Shown here in pieces: positions 26,501 through 41,600 of a DNA stretch of 64,000 bases; within the stretch, counting starts at the first letter, position 1, and each line of letters starts with the position of its first letter. The notes below the pieces were generated by a model that worked only from the letters and a program-made list of their open reading frames with translations, was not told the origin of the DNA and searched no databases. The position numbers and the translations under genes are program-made. The stretch spans positions 344,596,001-344,660,000 of the forward strand of contig OZ024743.1 of NCBI GenBank assembly GCA_964016885.1, in the 5' to 3' direction. This DNA is from Eledone cirrhosa (taxonomy: Eukaryota).

Positions 26501-29500
26501 CATTATTGTTGTTACTACTGTTGTTGACGTTGTTGTTACTACTGTTTTTGACGTTGTTTTTGTTACTACTGCTGTTAACGTTGTTATTGTTACTATTGTT
26601 GTTGACGTTGTTATTTTTACCACTACTGCCGTTGACGTTGTTATTGTTACTACTGTTGTTGACGTTATTTTCGTTACTACTGTTATTGACGTTGTTGTTT
26701 TTACTACTGTTGTTGACGTTGTTATTGTTACTACTGTTGTTGACGTCGTTATTGTTACTACTGTTGTTGACGTTGTTGTTGTTACTGCTGTTGTTGACGT
26801 TATTGTTGTTACTACAATTGTTGACGTTGTTAATGTTACTACTGTTGTTGACGTTTTTGTTACTACTGTTGTTGACGTTGTTGTTGGTACTACTGCTTTT
26901 GATGCTGTTATTGTTACTATTGTTGTTGACGTTGTTGTTACTGATGTTGTTGACGTTATTGTTGTTATTACTGTTGTTGACGTTGTCATTGTTACTACTG
27001 TTGTTGACGTTGTTATTGTTACTACTGTTGTTGACGTTGTTATTTTTACTACTGTTGTTGACGTTATTGTTGTTACTACTGTTGTTTACGTTGTTGTTTT
27101 TACTACTGTTGTTGACTTTGTTGTTGTTACTACTACTGTTGTTGACGTTGTTGTTATTACTACTGTTGTTGACGTTGTTGTTGTTACTAATGTTGTTGAC
27201 GTTGTTGTTGTTACTACTGTTATTGACGATGTTGTTGTTACTACTGTTGTTGACGTTGTTGTTGTTACTACGGTTATTGACGTTGTTGTTGTTACTACTG
27301 TTGTTGTCATTGTTGTTGTTACTACGGTTATTGACGATGTTGTTGTTACTACAGTTAGTGACGTTGTTGTTGTTACTACTGTTGTTGACGTTGTTGTTAC
27401 TACTGTTATTGACGTTGTTGTTATTACTACTGTTATTGACGTTGTTGTTGTTACTACTGTTGATGACGTTGTTGTTACTAATGTTTTTGCCGTTGTTATT
27501 GTTACTACTGTTGTTGACGTTGTTATTGTTACTACTGTAATTGACGTTGTTGTTGTAACTACTGTTGTTGACGTTGTTGTTTTTACTAATGTTGTTGACG
27601 TTGTTGTTGTTTCTACTGTAATTGACGTTGTTATTGTTACTACTGTTGTTGACGTTGTTATTGTTACTACCGTAATTGACGTTGTTGTTACTACTGTTGT
27701 TGACGTTGTTGTTGTTTCTACTGTAATTGACGTTGTTATTGTTACTACTGTTGTTGACGTTGTTGTTACTACTGTTATTGACGTTGTTGTTGTTACTACT
27801 GTTTTTGACGTTGTTGTTGTTACTAATGTTGTTACTACTGTTGTTGACGTTGTTGTTACTACTGTTGTTGACGTTGTTAGTGTTACTAATGTTGTTGACG
27901 TTGTTGTTACTACTGTTTTTGACGTTGTTTTTGTTACTACTGCTGTTAACGTTGTTATTGTTACTATTGTTGTTGACGTTGTTATTGTTACCACTACTGC
28001 CGTTGACGTTGTTATTGTTACTACTGTTGTTGACGTTATTTTCGTTACTACTGTTATTGACGTTGTTGTTTTTACTACTGTTGTTGACGTTGTTATTGTT
28101 ACTACTGTTGTTGACGTCGTTATTGTTACTACTGTTGTTGACGTTGTTGTTGTTACTGCTGTTGTTGACGTTATTGTTGTTACTACAATTGTTGACGTTG
28201 TTAATGTTACTACTGTTGTTGACGTTTTTGTTACTACTGTTGTTGACGTTGTTGTTGGTACTACTGCTTTTGATGCTGTTATTGTTACTATTGTTGTTGA
28301 CGTTGTTGTTACTGATGTTGTTGACGTTATTGTTGTAACTACTGTTGTTGACGTTGTCATTGTTACTACTGTTGTTGACGTTGTTATTGTTACTACTGTT
28401 GTTGACGTTGTTAATTTTTACTACTGTTGTTGACGTTATTGTTGTTACTACTGTTGTTTACGTTGTTGTTTTTACTACTGTTGTTGACGTTGTTGTTGTT
28501 GCTACTGTAATTGACGTTGTTATTGTTACTACTGTTGTTGACGTTGTTAATGTTACTACTGTTGTTGACGTTGTTGTTGTTACTACTGCTTTTGAAGCTG
28601 TTATTGTTACTACTGTTGTTGACGTTGTTGTTGTTACTACTGCTTTTGACGCTGTTATTGTTACTACGGTTGATGACGTTGTTGTTGTTACTAATGTTTT
28701 TGACGTTGTTATTGTTACTACTGTTGTTGACGTTGTTATTGTTACTACTGTAATTGACGTTGTTGTTACTACTGTTGTTGACGTTGTTGTTGTTTCTACT
28801 GTAATTGACGTTGTTATTGTTACTACTGTTGTTGACGTTGTTGTTGTTGTTACTAATGTTGTTGTTACTACTGTTGTTGACGTTGTTGTTACTACTGTTG
28901 TTGACGTTGTTAGTGTTACTAATGTTGTTGACGTTGTTGTTGTTACTACTGTTGTTGACATTATTGTTGTTACTACTGTTGTTGACGTTGTTGTTACTAC
29001 TGTTTTTGACGTTGTTTTTGTTACTACTGCTGTTAACGTTGTTATTGTTACTATTGTTGTTGACGTTGTTATTGTTACCACTACTGCCGTTGACGTTGTT
29101 ATTGTTACTACTGTTGTTGACGTTATTTTCGTTACTACTGTTATTGACGTTGTTGTTTTTACTACTGTTGTTGACGTTGTTATTGTTACTACTGTTGTTG
29201 ACGTCGTTATTGTTACTACTGTTTTTGACGTTGTTGTTGTTACTACTGTTGTTGACGTTATTTTCGTTACTACTGTTATTGACGTTGTTGTTGTTACTAC
29301 TGTTGTTGATGTTGTTATTGTTACTACTGTTGTTGATGTTATTGTTGTTACTACAATTGTTGACGTTGTTATTGTTACTACTGTTGTTGACGTTTTTGTT
29401 ACTACTGTTGTTGACGTTGTTGTTGGTACTACTGCTTTTGATGCTGTTATTGTTACTATTGTTGTTGACGTTGTTGTTACTGATGTTGTTGACGTTATTG

Positions 29501-29639
29501 TTGTTACTACTGTTGTTGACGTTGTCATTGTTACTACTGTTGTTGACGTTGTTATTGTTACTACTGTTGTTGACGTTGTTATTTTTACTACTGTTGTTGA
29601 CGTTATTGTTGTTACTACTGTTGTTTACGTTGTTGTTTT

Positions 29640-32600
29640 TACTACTGTTGTTGACGTTGTTGTTGTTTCTACTGTAATTGACGTTGTTATTGTTACTACT
29701 GTTGTTGACGTTGTTATTGTTACTACTGTTGTTGACGTTGTTGTTGTTACTACTGCTTTTGACGCTGTTATTAATACTACTGTTGTTGACGGTATTGTTG
29801 TTACTACTGTTGTTAACGTTGTTATTAGTACTGTTGTTGACGTTGTTGTTGTTACTACTGTTGTTGACGTTGTTATTTTTACTACTGTTCATGACGTTGT
29901 TGTTACTACTGTTGTTGACGTTGTTTTTACTACTGTTATTGACGTTGTTGTTATAACTACTGTTACTGACGTTGTTGTTGTTACTACTGTTGTTGACGTT
30001 GTTATTACTACTGTTGTTGACGTTGTTGTTGTTACTACTGTTGTTGACGTTGTTATTGTTAATACTGTCGTTCACGTTGTTGTTACTTCTATTGTTTACG
30101 TGTTATTGTTACTACTGTCGTTGACGTTGTTGTTGTCACTACTGTTGTTGACGTTGTTATTGTTACTACTGTCGTTGACGATGTTGTTGTTACTACTGTT
30201 GTTGACGTTATTGTTGTTACTACAATTGTTGCCGTTGTTATTGTTACTACTGTTGTTGACGTTTTTGTTACTACTGTTGTTGACGTTGTTGTTGGTACTA
30301 CTGCTTTTGATGCTGTTATTGTTAATATTGTTGTTGACGTTGTTGTTACTGATATTGTTGTTACTGATATTTTTACTACTGTTGTTGACGTTATTGTTGT
30401 TACTACTGTTGTTTACGTTGTTGTTTTTACTACTGTTGTTGACGTTGTTGTTGTTTCTACTGTAATTGACGTTGTTATTTTTTACTACTGACGTTGTTGT
30501 TGTTACTAATGTTTTTGACGTTGTTATTGTTACTACTGTAATTGACGTTGTTGTTGTAACTACTGTTGTTGACGTTGTTGTTTACTGACGTTGTTATTGT
30601 TACTACTGTTGTTGACGTTGTTATTGTTACTACTGTAATTGACGTTGTTGTTGTAACTACTGTTGTTGACGTTGTTGTTTTTACTAATGTTGTTGACGTT
30701 GTTGTTGTTTCTACTGTAATTGACGTTGTTATTGTTACTACTGTTGTTGACATTGTTATTGTTACTACTGTAATTGACGTTGTTGTTACTACTATTGTTG
30801 ACGTTGTTGTTGTTTCTACTGTAATTGACGTTGTTATTGTTACTACTGTTGTTGACGTTGTTGTTGTTACTACTGTTATTGACGTTGTTGTTGTTACTAC
30901 TGTTGTTGACGTTGTTGTTGTTACTAATGTTGTTGATGTTGTTGTTGTTGTTACTACTGTTGTTGACGTTGTTGTTACTACTGTTGTTGACGTTGTTAGT
31001 GTTACCAATGTTGTTGACGTTGTTGTTGTTACTACTGTTGTTGACATTATTGTTGTTACTACTGTTGTTGACGTTGTTGTTACTACTGTTTCCGACGTTG
31101 TTTTTGTTACTACTGCTGTTAACGTTGTTATTGTTACTATTGTTGTTGACGTTGTTATTGTTACCACTACTGCCGTTGACGTTGTTATTGTTACTACTGT
31201 TGTTGACGTTATTTTCGTTACTACTGTTATTGACGTTGTTGTTTTTACTACTGTTGTTGACGTTGTTGTTGTTACTACGGTTATTGATGTTGTTGTTGTT
31301 ACTAGTGTTGTTGTCGTTGTTGTTGTTACTACGGTTATTGACGTTGTTGTTGTTACTACGGTTATTGACGTTGTTGTTGTTACTACTACTGTTGTGGACG
31401 TTGTTGTTACTACTGTTGTTGACGTTGTTGTTGTTACTACTGCTATTGACGTTGTTGTTGTTACTACTGTTATTGACGTTGTTGTTGTTACTACTGTTGT
31501 TGACGTTGTTGTTGTTACTACGGTTATTGACGTTGTTGTTGTTACTACTACTGTTGTTGACGTTGTTGTTATTACTACTGTTGTTGACGTTGTTGTTGTT
31601 ACTAATGTTGTTGACGTTGTTGTTGTTACTACTGTTATTGACGATGTTGTTGTTACTACTGTTGTTGACGTTGTTGTTGTTACTACTGTTGTTGTCATTG
31701 TTGTTGTTACTACGGTTATTGACGATGTTGTTGTTACTACAGTTAGTGACGTTGTTGTTGTTACTACTGTTGTTGACGTTGTTGTTACTACTGTTATTGA
31801 CGTTGTTGTTATTACTACTGTTATTGACGTTGTTGTTATTACTACTGTTGTTGACGGTATTGTTGTTACTACTGTTGTTAACGTTGTTATTAGTACTGTT
31901 GTTGACGTTGTTGTTGAAACTACTGTTGTTGACGTTGTTATTTTTACAACTGTTCATGACGTTGTTGTTACTAGTGTTGTTGACGTTGTTGTTACTACTG
32001 TTATTGACGTTGTTGTTATAACTAGTTACTGACGTTGTTGTTGTTACTACTGTTGTTGCCGTTGTTATTACTACTGTTGTTGACGTTGTTGTTGTTACTA
32101 CTGTTGTTGACGTTGTTATTGTGAATACTGTCGTTGACGTTGTTGTTGTTACTACTATTGTTTACGTGTTATTGTTACTACCGTCGTTGACGTTGTTGTT
32201 GTTACTACTGTTGTTGACTATGTTATTGTTACTACTGTCGTTGACGATGTTGTTGCTACTACTGCTGTTGACGTTATTGTTGTTACTACAATTGTTGACG
32301 TTGTTATTGTTACTACTGTTGTTGACGTTTTTGTTACTACTGTTGTTGACGTTGTTGTTGGTACTACTGCTTTTGATGCTGTTATTGTTACTATTGTTGT
32401 TGACGTTGTTGTTAATGATGTTGTTGACGTTATTGTTGTTACTACTGTTGTTGACGTTGTCATTGTTACTACTGTTGTTGACGTTGTTATTGTTACTACT
32501 GTTGTTGACGTTGTTATTTTTACTACTGTTGTTGACGTTATTGTTGTTACTACTTTTGTTTACGTTGTTGTTTTTACTACTGTTGTTGACGTTGTTGTTG

Positions 32601-35600
32601 TTTCTACTGTAATTGACGTTGTTAGTGTTACTACTGTTGTTGACGTTGTTATTGTTACTACTGTTGTTGACGTTGTTGTTGTTACTACTGCTTTTGACGC
32701 TGTTATTGTTACTACTGTTGATGACGTTGTTGTTGTTACTAATGTTTTTGCCGTTGTTATTGTTACTACTGTTGTTGACGTTGTTATTGTTACTACTGTA
32801 ATTGACGTTGTTGTTGTAACTACTGTTGTTGACGTTGTTGTTTTTACTAATGTTATTGACGTCGTTGTTGTTTCTACTGTTGTTGACGTTGTTATTGTTA
32901 CTACTGTTGTTGACGTTGTTATTGTTACTACTGTAATTGACGTTGTTGTTACTACTGTTGTTGACGTTGTTGTTGTTTCTACTGTAATTGGCGTTGTTAT
33001 TGTTACTACTGTTGTTGACGTTGTTGTTACTACTGTTATTGACGTTGTTGTTGTTACTACTGTTTTTGACGTTGTTGTTGTTACTAATGTTGTTACTACT
33101 GTTGTTGACGTTGTTGTTACTACTGTTGTTGACGTTGTTAGTGTTACTAATGTTGTTGACGTTGTTGTTGTTACTACTGTTGTTGACGTTGTTGTTACTA
33201 CTGTTTTTGACGTTGTTTTTGTTACTACTGCTGTTAACGTTGTTATTGTTACTATTGTTGTTGACGTTGTTATTGTTACCACTACTGCCGTTGCCGTTGT
33301 TATTGTTACTACTGTTGTTGACGTTGTTGTTACTACTGTTGTTGACGTTGTTGTTACTACTGTTGTTGACGTTGTTGTTACTACTGTTGTTGACGTTGTT
33401 AGTGTTACTAATGTTGTTGACATTATTGTTGTTACTACTGTTGTTGACGTTGTTGTTACTACTGTTTTTGACGTTGTTTTTGTTACTACTGCTGTTAACG
33501 TTGTTATTGTTACTATTGTTGTTGACGTTGTTATTGTTACCACTACTGCCGTTGCCGTTGTTATTGTTACTACTGTTGTTGACGTTATTTTCGTTACTAC
33601 TGTTATTGACGTTGTTGTTTTTACTACTGTTGTTGACGTTGTTATTGTTACTACTGTTGTTGACGTCGTTATTGTTACTACTGTTGTTGACGTTGTTGTT
33701 GTTACTGCTGTTGTTGACGTTATTGTTGTTACTACAATTGTTGACGTTGTTAATGTTACTACTGTTGTTGACGTTTTTGTTACTACTGTTGTTGACGTTG
33801 TTGTTGGTACTACTGCTTTTGATGCTGTTATTGTTACTATTGTTGTTGACGTTGTTGTTACTGATGTTGTTGACGTTATTGTTGTTACTACTGTTGTTGA
33901 CGTTGTCATTGTTACTACTGTTGTTGACGTTGTTATTGTTACTACTGTTGTTGACGTTGTTATTTTTACTACTGTTGTTGACGTTATTGTTGTTACTACT
34001 GTTGTTTACGTTGTTGTTTTTACTACTGTTGTTGACGTTGTTGTTGTTTCTACTGTTATTGACGTTGTTATTGTTACTACTGTTGTTGACGTTGTTATTG
34101 TTACTACTGTTGTTGACGTTGTTGTTGCTACTACTGCTTTTGACGCTGTTATTGTTACTACTGTTGTTGACGTTGTTGTTGTTACTACTGCTTTTGACGC
34201 TGTTATTGTTACTACTGTTGATGACGTTGTTGTTGTTACTAATGTTTTTGACGTTGTTATTGTTACTACTGTTGTTGACGTTGTTATTGTTACTACTGTA
34301 ATTGACGTTGTTGTTACTACTGTTGTTGACGTTGTTGTTGTTTCTACTGTAATTGACGTTGTTATTGTTACTACTGTTGTTGACGTTGTTGTTACTACTG
34401 TTTTTGACGTTGTTGTTGTTGTTACTAATGTTGTTGTTACTACTGTTGTTGACGTTGTTGTTACTACTGTTGTTTACGTTGTTAGTGTTACTAATGTTGT
34501 TGACGTTGTTGTTGTTACTACTGTTGTTGACATTATTGTTGTTACTACTGTTGTTGACGTTGTTGTTACTACTGTTTCCGACGTTGTTTTTGTTACTACT
34601 GCTGTTAACGTTGTTATTGTTACTATTGTTGTTGACGTTGTTATTGTTACCACTACTGCCGTTGACGTTGTTATTGTTACTACTGTTGTTGACGTTATTT
34701 TCGTTACTACTGTTATTGACGTTGTTGTTTTTACTACTGTTGTTGACGTTGTTGTTGTTACTACGGTTATTGACGTTGTTGTTGTTACTAGTGTTGTTGT
34801 CGTTGTTGTTGTTACTACGGTTATTGATGTTGTTGTTGTTACTACGGTTATTGACGTTGTTGTTACTACTACTGTTGTGGACGTTGTTGTTACTACTGTT
34901 GTTGACGTTGTTGTTGTTACTACTGCTATTGACGTTGTTGTTGTTACTACTGTTATTGACGTTGTTGTTGTTACTACTGTTGTTGACGTTGTTGTTGTTA
35001 CTACGGTTATTGACGTTGTTGTTGTAACTACTACTGTTGTTGACGTTGTTGTTATTACTACTGTTGTTGACGTTGTTGTTGTTTCTACTGTAATTGACGT
35101 TGTTATTGTTACTACTGTTGTTGACGTTGTTATTGTTACTACTGTTGTTGACGTTGTTGTTGATACTACTGCTTTTGACGCTGTTATTGTTACTACTGTT
35201 GTTGACGTTGTTGTTGTTACTACTGCTTTTGACGCTGTTATTGTTACTACTGTTGATGACGTTGTTGTTGTTACTAATGTTTTTGACGTTGTTATTGTTA
35301 CTACTGTTGTTGACGTTGTTATTGTTACTACTGTAATTGACGTTGTTGTTACTACTGTTGTTGACGTTGTTGTTGTTTCTACTGTAATTGACGTTGTTAT
35401 TGTTACTACTGTTGTTGACGTTGTTGTTACTACTGTTTTTGACGTTGTTGTTGTTGTTACTAATGTTGTTATTACTACTGTTGTTGACGTTGTTGTTACT
35501 ACTGTTGTTGACGTTGTTAGTGTTACTAATGTTGTTGACGTTGTTGTTGTTACTACAGTTGTTGACATTATTGTTGTTACTACTGTTGTTGACGTTGTTG

Positions 35601-38600
35601 TTACTACTGTTTTTGACGTTGTTTTTGTTACTACTGCTGTTAACGTTGTTATTGTTACTATTGTTGTTGACGTTGTTATTGTTACCACTACTGCCGTTGA
35701 CGTTGTTATTGTTACTACTGTTGTTGACGTTATTTTCGTTACTACTGTTATTGACGTTGTTGTTTTTACTACTGTTGTTGACGTTGTTATTGTTACTACT
35801 GTTGTTGACGTCGTTATTGTTACTACTGTTATTGACGATGTTGTTGTTACTACTGTTGTTGACGTTGTTGTTGTTACTACGGTTATTGACGTTGTTGTTG
35901 TTACTACTGTTGTTATCATTGTTCTTGTTACTACGGTTATTGACGTTGATGTTGTTACTACTACTGTTGTTGACGTTGTTGTTATTACTACTGTTGTTGA
36001 CGTTGTTGTTGTTACTAATGTTGTTGACGTTGTTGTTGTTACTACTGTTATTGACGATGTTGTTGTTACTACTGTTGTTGACGTTGTTGTTGTTACTACG
36101 GTTATTGACGTTGTTGTTGTTACTACTGTTGTTGTCATTGTTGTTGTTACTACGGTTATTGACGATGTTGTTGTTACTACAGTTAGTGACGTTGTTGTTG
36201 TCACTACTGTTGTTGACGTTGTTGTTACTACTGTTATTGACGTTGTTGTTATTACTACTGTTATTGACGTTGTTTTTATTACTACTGTTGTTGACGGTAT
36301 TGTTGTTACTACTGTTGTTAACGTTGTTATTAGTACTGTTGTTGACGTTGTTGTTGAAACTACTGTTGTTGACGTTGTTATTTTTACAACTGTTCATGAC
36401 GTTGTTGTTACTACTGTTGTTGACGTTGTTGTTACTACTGTTATTGACGTTGTTGTTATAACTAGTTACTGACGTTGTTGTTGTTACTGCTGTTGTTGAC
36501 GTTGTTATTACTACTGTTGTTGACGTTGTTGTTGTTACTACTGTTGTTGACGTTGTTATTGTTAATACTGTCGTTGACGTTGTTGTTGTTACTACTATTG
36601 TTTACGTGTTATTGTTACTACCGTCGTTGACGTTGTTGTTGTTACTACTGTTGTTGACTATGTTATTGTTACTACTGTCGTTGACGATGTTGTTGTTACT
36701 ACTGTTGTTGACGTTATTGTTGTTACTACAATTGTTGACGTTGTTATTGTTACTACTGTTGTTGACGTTTTTGTTACTACTGTTGTTGACGTTGTTGTTG
36801 GTACTACTGCTTTTGATGCTGTTATTGTTACTATTGTTGTTGACGTTGTTGTTAATGATGTTGTTGACGTTATTGTTGTTACTACTGTTGTTGACGTTGT
36901 CATTGTTACTACTGTTGTTGACGTTGTTATTGTTACTACTGTTGTTGACGTTGTTATTTTTACTACTGTTGTTGACGTTATTGTTGTTACTACTTTTGTC
37001 TACGTTGTTGTTTTTACTACTGTTGTTGACGTTGTTGTTGTTTCTACTGTAATTGACGTTGTTATTGTTACTACTGTTGTTGACGTTGTTATTGTTACTA
37101 CTGTTGTTGACGTTGTTGTTGTTACTACTGCTTTTGACGCTGTTATTAATACTACTGTTGTTGACGGTATTGTTGTTACTACTGTTGTTAACGTTGTTAT
37201 TAGTACTGTTGTTGACGTTGTTGTTGTTACTACTGTTGTTGACGTTGTTATTTTTACTACTGTTCATGACGTTGTTGTTACTACTGTTGTTGACGTTGTT
37301 TTTACTACTGTTATTGACGTTGTTGTTATAACTACTGTTACTGACGTTGTTGTTGTTACTACTGTTGTTGACGTTGTTATTACTACTGTTGTTGACGTTG
37401 TTGTTGTTACTACTGTTGTTGACGTTGTTATTGTTAATACTGTCGTTCACGTTGTTGTTACTTCTATTGTTTACGTGTTATTGTTACTACTGTCGTTGAC
37501 GTTGTTGTTGTCACTACTGTTGTTGACGTTGTTATTGTTACTACTGTCGTTGACGATGTTGTTGTTACTACTGTTGTTGACGTTATTGTTGTTACTACAA
37601 TTGTTGCCGTTGTTATTGTTACTACTGTTGTTGACGTTTTTGTTACTACTGTTGTTGACGTTGTTGTTGGTACTACTGCTTTTGATGCTGTTATTGTTAA
37701 TATTGTTGTTGACGTTGTTGTTACTGATATTGTTGTTACTGATATTTTTACTACTGTTGTTGACGTTATTGTTGTTACTACTGTTGTTTACGTTGTTGTT
37801 TTTACTACTGTTGTTGACGTTGTTGTTGTTTCTACTGTAATTGACGTTGTTATTTTTTACTACTGACGTTGTTGTTGTTACTAATGTTTTTGACGTTGTT
37901 ATTGTTACTACTGTAATTGACGTTGTTGTTGTAACTACTGTTGTTGACGTTGTTGTTTACTGACGTTGTTATTGTTACTACTGTTGTTGACGTTGTTATT
38001 GTTACTACTGTAATTGACGTTGTTGTTACTACTGTTGTTGACGTTGTTGTTGTTTCTACTGTAATTGACGTTGTTATTGTTACTACTGTTGTTGACGTTG
38101 TTGTTTTTACTAATGTTGTTGACGTTGTTGTTGTTTCTACTGTAATTGACGTTGTTATTGTTACTACTGTTGTTGACATTGTTATTGTTACTACTGTAAT
38201 TGACGTTGTTGTTACTACTGTTGTTGACGTTGTTGTTGTTTCTACTGTAATTGACGTTGTTATTGTTACTACTGTTGTTGACGTTGTTGTTGTTACTACT
38301 GTTATTGACGTTGTTGTTGTTACTACTGTTGTTGACGTTGTTGTTGTTACTAATGTTGTTGATGTTGTTGTTGTTGTTACTACTGTTGTTGACGTTGTTG
38401 TTACTACTGTTGTTGACGTTGTTAGTGTTACTAATGTTGTTGACGTTGTTGTTGTTACTACTGTTGTTGACATTATTGTTGTTACTACTGTTGTTGACGT
38501 TGTTGTTACTACTGTTTCCGACGTTGTTTTTGTTACTACTGCTGTTAACGTTGTTATTGTTACTATTGTTGTTGACGTTGTTATTGTTACCACTACTGCC

Positions 38601-41600
38601 GTTGACGTTGTTATTGTTACTACTGTTGTTGACGTTATTTTCGTTACTACTGTTATTGACGTTGTTGTTTTTACTACTGTTGTTGACGTTGTTGTTGTTA
38701 CTACGGTTATTGATGTTGTTGTTGTTACTAGTGTTGTTGTCGTTGTTGTTGTTACTACGGTTATTGACGTTGTTGTTGTTACTACGGTTATTGACGTTGT
38801 TGTTGTTACTACTACTGTTGTGGACGTTGTTGTTACTACTGTTGTTGACGTTGTTGTTGTTACTACTGCTATTGACGTTGTTGTTGTTACTACTGTTATT
38901 GACGTTGTTGTTGTTACTACTGTTGTTGACGTTGTTGTTGTTACTACGGTTATTGACGTTGTTGTTGTTACTACTACTGTTGTTGACGTTGTTGTTATTA
39001 CTACTGTTGTTGACGTTGTTGTTGTTACTAATGTTGTTGACGTTGTTGTTGTTACTACTGTTATTGACGATGTTGTTGTTACTACTGTTGTTGACGTTGT
39101 TGTTGTTACTACTGTTGTTGTCATTGTTGTTGTTACTACGGTTATTGACGATGTTGTTGTTACTACAGTTAGTGACGTTGTTGTTGTTACTACTGTTGTT
39201 GACGTTGTTGTTACTACTGTTATTGACGTTGTTGTTATTACTACTGTTATTGACGTTGTTGTTATTACTACTGTTGTTGACGGTATTGTTGTTACTACTG
39301 TTGTTAACGTTGTTATTAGTACTGTTGTTGACGTTGTTGTTGAAACTACTGTTGTTGACGTTGTTATTTTTACAACTGTTCATGACGTTGTTGTTACTAG
39401 TGTTGTTGACGTTGTTGTTACTACTGTTATTGACGTTGTTGTTATAACTAGTTACTGACGTTGTTGTTGTTACTACTGTTGTTGACATTGTTATTACTAC
39501 TGTTGTTGACGTTGTTGTTGTTACTACTGTTGTTGACGTTGTTATTGTGAATACTGTCGTTGACGTTGTTGTTGTTACTACTATTGTTTACGTGTTATTG
39601 TTACTACCGTCGTTGACGTTGTTGTTGTTACTACTGTTGTTGACTATGTTATTGTTACTACTGTCATTGACGATGTTGTTGCTACTACTGCTGTTGACGT
39701 TATTGTTGTTACTACAATTGTTGACGTTGTTATTGTTACTACTGTTGTTGACGTTTTTGTTACTACTGTTGTTGACGTTGTTGTTGGTACTACTGCTTTT
39801 GATGCTGTTATTGTTACTATTGTTGTTGACGTTGTTGTTAATGATGTTGTTGACGTTATTGTTGTTACTACTGTTGTTGACGTTGTCATTGTTACTACTG
39901 TTGTTGACGTTGTTATTGTTACTACTGTTGTTGACGTTGTTATTTTTACTACTGTTGTTGACGTTATTGTTGTTACTACTTTTGTTTACGTTGTTGTTTT
40001 TACTACTGTTGTTGACGTTGTTGTTGTTTCTACTGTAATTGACGTTGTTAGTGTTACTACTGTTGTTGACGTTGTTATTGTTACTACTGTTGTTGACGTT
40101 GTTGTTGTTACTACTGCTTTTGACGCTGTTATTGTTACTACTGTTGATGACGTTGTTGTTGTTACTAATGTTTTTGCCGTTGTTATTGTTACTACTGTTG
40201 TTGACGTTGTTATTGTTACTACTGTAATTGACGTTGTTGTTGTAACTACTGTTGTTGACGTTGTTGTTTTTACTAATGTTATTGACGTCGTTGTTGTTTC
40301 TACTGTTGTTGACGTTGTTATTGTTACTACTGTTGTTGACGTTGTTATTGTTACTACTGTAATTGACGTTGTTGTTACTACTGTTGTTGACGTTGTTGTT
40401 GTTTCTACTGTAATTGGCGTTGTTATTGTTACTACTGTTGTTGACGTTGTTGTTACTACTGTTATTGACGTTGTTGTTGTTACTACTGTTTTTGACGTTG
40501 TTGTTGTTACTAATGTTGTTACTACTGTTGTTGACGTTGTTGTTACTACTGTTGTTGACGTTGTTAGTGTTACTAATGTTGTTGACGTTGTTGTTGTTAC
40601 TACTGTTGTTGACGTTGTTGTTACTACTGTTTTTGACGTTGTTTTTGTTACTACTGCTGTTAACGTTGTTATTGTTACTATTGTTGTTGACGTTGTTATT
40701 GTTACCACTACTGCCGTTGCCGTTGTTATTGTTACTACTGTTGTTGACGTTGTTGTTACTACTGTTGTTGACGTTGTTGTTACTACTGTTGTTGACGTTG
40801 TTGTTACTACTGTTGTTGACGTTGTTAGTGTTACTAATGTTGTTGACATTATTGTTGTTACTACTGTTGTTGACGTTGTTGTTACTACTGTTTTTGACGT
40901 TGTTTTTGTTACTACTGCTGTTAACGTTGTTATTGTTACTATTGTTGTTGACGTTGTTATTGTTACCACTACTGCCGTTGCCGTTGTTATTGTTACTACT
41001 GTTGTTGACGTTATTTTCGTTACTACTGTTATTGACGTTGTTGTTTTTACTACTGTTGTTGACGTTGTTATTGTTACTACTGTTGTTGACGTCGTTATTG
41101 TTACTACTGTTGTTGACGTTGTTGTTGTTACTGCTGTTGTTGACGTTATTGTTGTTACTACAATTGTTGACGTTGTTAATGTTACTACTGTTGTTGACGT
41201 TTTTGTTACTACTGTTGTTGACGTTGTTGTTGGTACTACTGCTTTTGATGCTGTTATTGTTACTATTGTTGTTGACGTTGTTGTTACTGATGTTGTTGAC
41301 GTTATTGTTGTTACTACTGTTGTTGACGTTGTCATTGTTACTACTGTTGTTGACGTTGTTATTGTTACTACTGTTGTTGACGTTGTTATTTTTACTACTG
41401 TTGTTGACGTTATTGTTGTTACTACTGTTGTTTACGTTGTTGTTTTTACTACTGTTGTTGACGTTGTTGTTGTTTCTACTGTTATTGACGTTGTTATTGT
41501 TACTACTGTTGTTGACGTTGTTATTGTTACTACTGTTGTTGACGTTGTTGTTGCTACTACTGCTTTTGACGCTGTTATTGTTACTACTGTTGTTGACGTT

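Noticed and set aside
32018-32170. Apparent compensating frameshifts (-2 at ATAACTAGTTACT, -1 at GTTTACGTGTT) suggesting selection on frame
   Set aside because: The -1 marker also occurs without the -2 marker (e.g. ~30095, 37469, 56686, 63243), and the full 7,426-bp unit is not a multiple of 3.
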